Assembly: GCA_043228905.1 (NCBI GenBank)
Contig: JBHGNT010001449.1
Span: forward strand, 1 to 8,318
Direction: 5' to 3'
From: Azolla caroliniana
Lineage: Eukaryota; Plantae; Polypodiophyta
Length of the DNA stretch: 8,318 bases
Below the pieces are notes generated by a model. It made no database searches and was not told where the DNA came from. It was given only the letters and a program-made list of their open reading frames with translations. The position numbers and the translations under genes are program-made. This document shows, one piece after another, positions 7,028 through 8,318 of the stretch; position 1 is the stretch's first letter; each line of letters starts with the position of its first letter.

Positions 7028-8318
7028 TTGATCAAAGGAACCTGTTGGCTTAGCATCCATTATGTGATGCCGAGAGGTACATGAGATTAGGTAGGCTTCT
7101 CCTAATATTCAATCTCGTCTTTTTAGTTGATTCACTGATCGAATATTATATGAAAGCTGCATAAATGCACCTTGAAGTGTCTCGCTTCAAAGATAAGGTC
7201 TCAGTAGTTGATGAGTGATAGGGGTCTCTTGTCCATTACATTGCCATAGGATTGCTCGAGATTGAAGACCCTATATAAAAGGAGGGTAAAGGATAAAGTG
7301 AGCCTAATATAATACGGAGGTTGGAGTTAAGCATGTTCTATTGTAGTTATGGTGGATAAACTTGCATGGGCATGGGCTTATGTCAAGTGTAGATAAACGT
7401 GCATAAGCTATGGTGAATTTGAGAACTAGTGTGTGGTCAATTGTGTGCTTGACTAAAGTGAGTGATTACATTGGGTGTGGGAGCATCCTCGACCAAAGCT
7501 CCATTGTGTGTCAAAGAGAGGTCATGACTAAGAGAGAAATAACGAACCTCGGGCATCATTAGTGAGGGATAATCAATATGGGAAGATAGAGTGCACATGC
7601 TCTGACATGATGGAAGATGTGTTGCAAAGAGTAGAACACATGCAGATTTATTTTTCTGAAGTTATAGGGATTGATTGGTAGCACAAGATGAAGGTGGAGC
7701 ATGGATACCCCATAGGAACACTATATATGGTTGAAACTAAAGAGAAACTAGGCATATGTGGTTGTTCTTAGCCTCTTAGAGAATTACTCCAAGTGTCGTT
7801 GGAGCAACCAAAATGTCCACCATGGTAATGTGGTATTGACATAAACTATGTCTATCTATGCAACTATTGCATATCTCATCTCTTTGCTAAAAGCTATTCG
7901 ATGTCATCCCTCATTTTTCTTGTTAATTTGGCGTTTTTGTATATTTTTCCGTCTTCCTCAACAACCCTTCATGTTATTGCATCATGCAAGTTATGATTTC
8001 TTCAAATACACGGAGGTTTCTGGTGCTTTTAGAGAGCTTATCCTCTCTTTTTTTGTGTTGTTTGGTAAACCTCTCAAGTCCTTCCTTCAATGCTCACAAT
8101 GCTTCCGCTATTGCAATTGAAGCTATTCATTGGTGTATTTCCTCCTTTGCGATATTGTAGTTGATGCGTTCTTTATGAAGTGTCAAGAGGGAAGAGGGCT
8201 TCATTTTTTCTTTCCAACAACTGCGTGATGCTCATCTCTATCTCTTTTAGTTCCACAATCTAACAACTTGTTGGTTTCTTGTGCATTGTGATTTCAATGT
8301 ATAGGAATCTGCCAATTT

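Noticed and set aside
6857-8120. ORFs 6857..7060 (-) and 7848..8120 (+) as small or membrane peptides
   Set aside because: The first runs through the AT microsatellite in the promoter. The Phe/Leu richness of the second simply reflects T-rich DNA.
1-8318. Prokaryote-type systems (CRISPR array, operon), horizontal transfer of the chitinase, or a functional WDR55-chitinase link
   Set aside because: The DNA has spliceosomal introns, and the 40-bp repeat has two adjacent units with no spacer. The chitinase has plant class III signatures, and lack of introns is normal for that class. Adjacency alone does not imply shared function.

Overview
AT-rich land-plant nuclear DNA carrying two convergent protein-coding genes. 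(1) On the + strand is the 3' half of a WDR55 (WD40-repeat, JIP5-like) gene, 8 exons in the window: <1-32, 468-544, 625-670, 2416-2462, 3029-3102, 3178-3233, 3386-3494 and 4070-4149. The exons join in frame only if the longest intron (671-2415) uses a non-canonical GC-AG donor. (2) On the - strand is an intronless, secreted, very acidic class III (GH18, hevamine-type) chitinase-like gene, 6636-5641, 331 aa. It keeps the DxxDxDxE catalytic motif and all six cysteines. Several normally conserved cleft residues are replaced (notably the beta8 Trp by His), and four loops carry insertions. Non-coding regions hold a 40-bp tandem duplication, a 16-nt exon copy inside an intron, short simple repeats and weakly supported transposon-like relics. 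I see no evidence for a new multi-gene system. The best novelty candidate is the remodelled GH18 protein. Homology calls come from recalled family sequences, not database searches.
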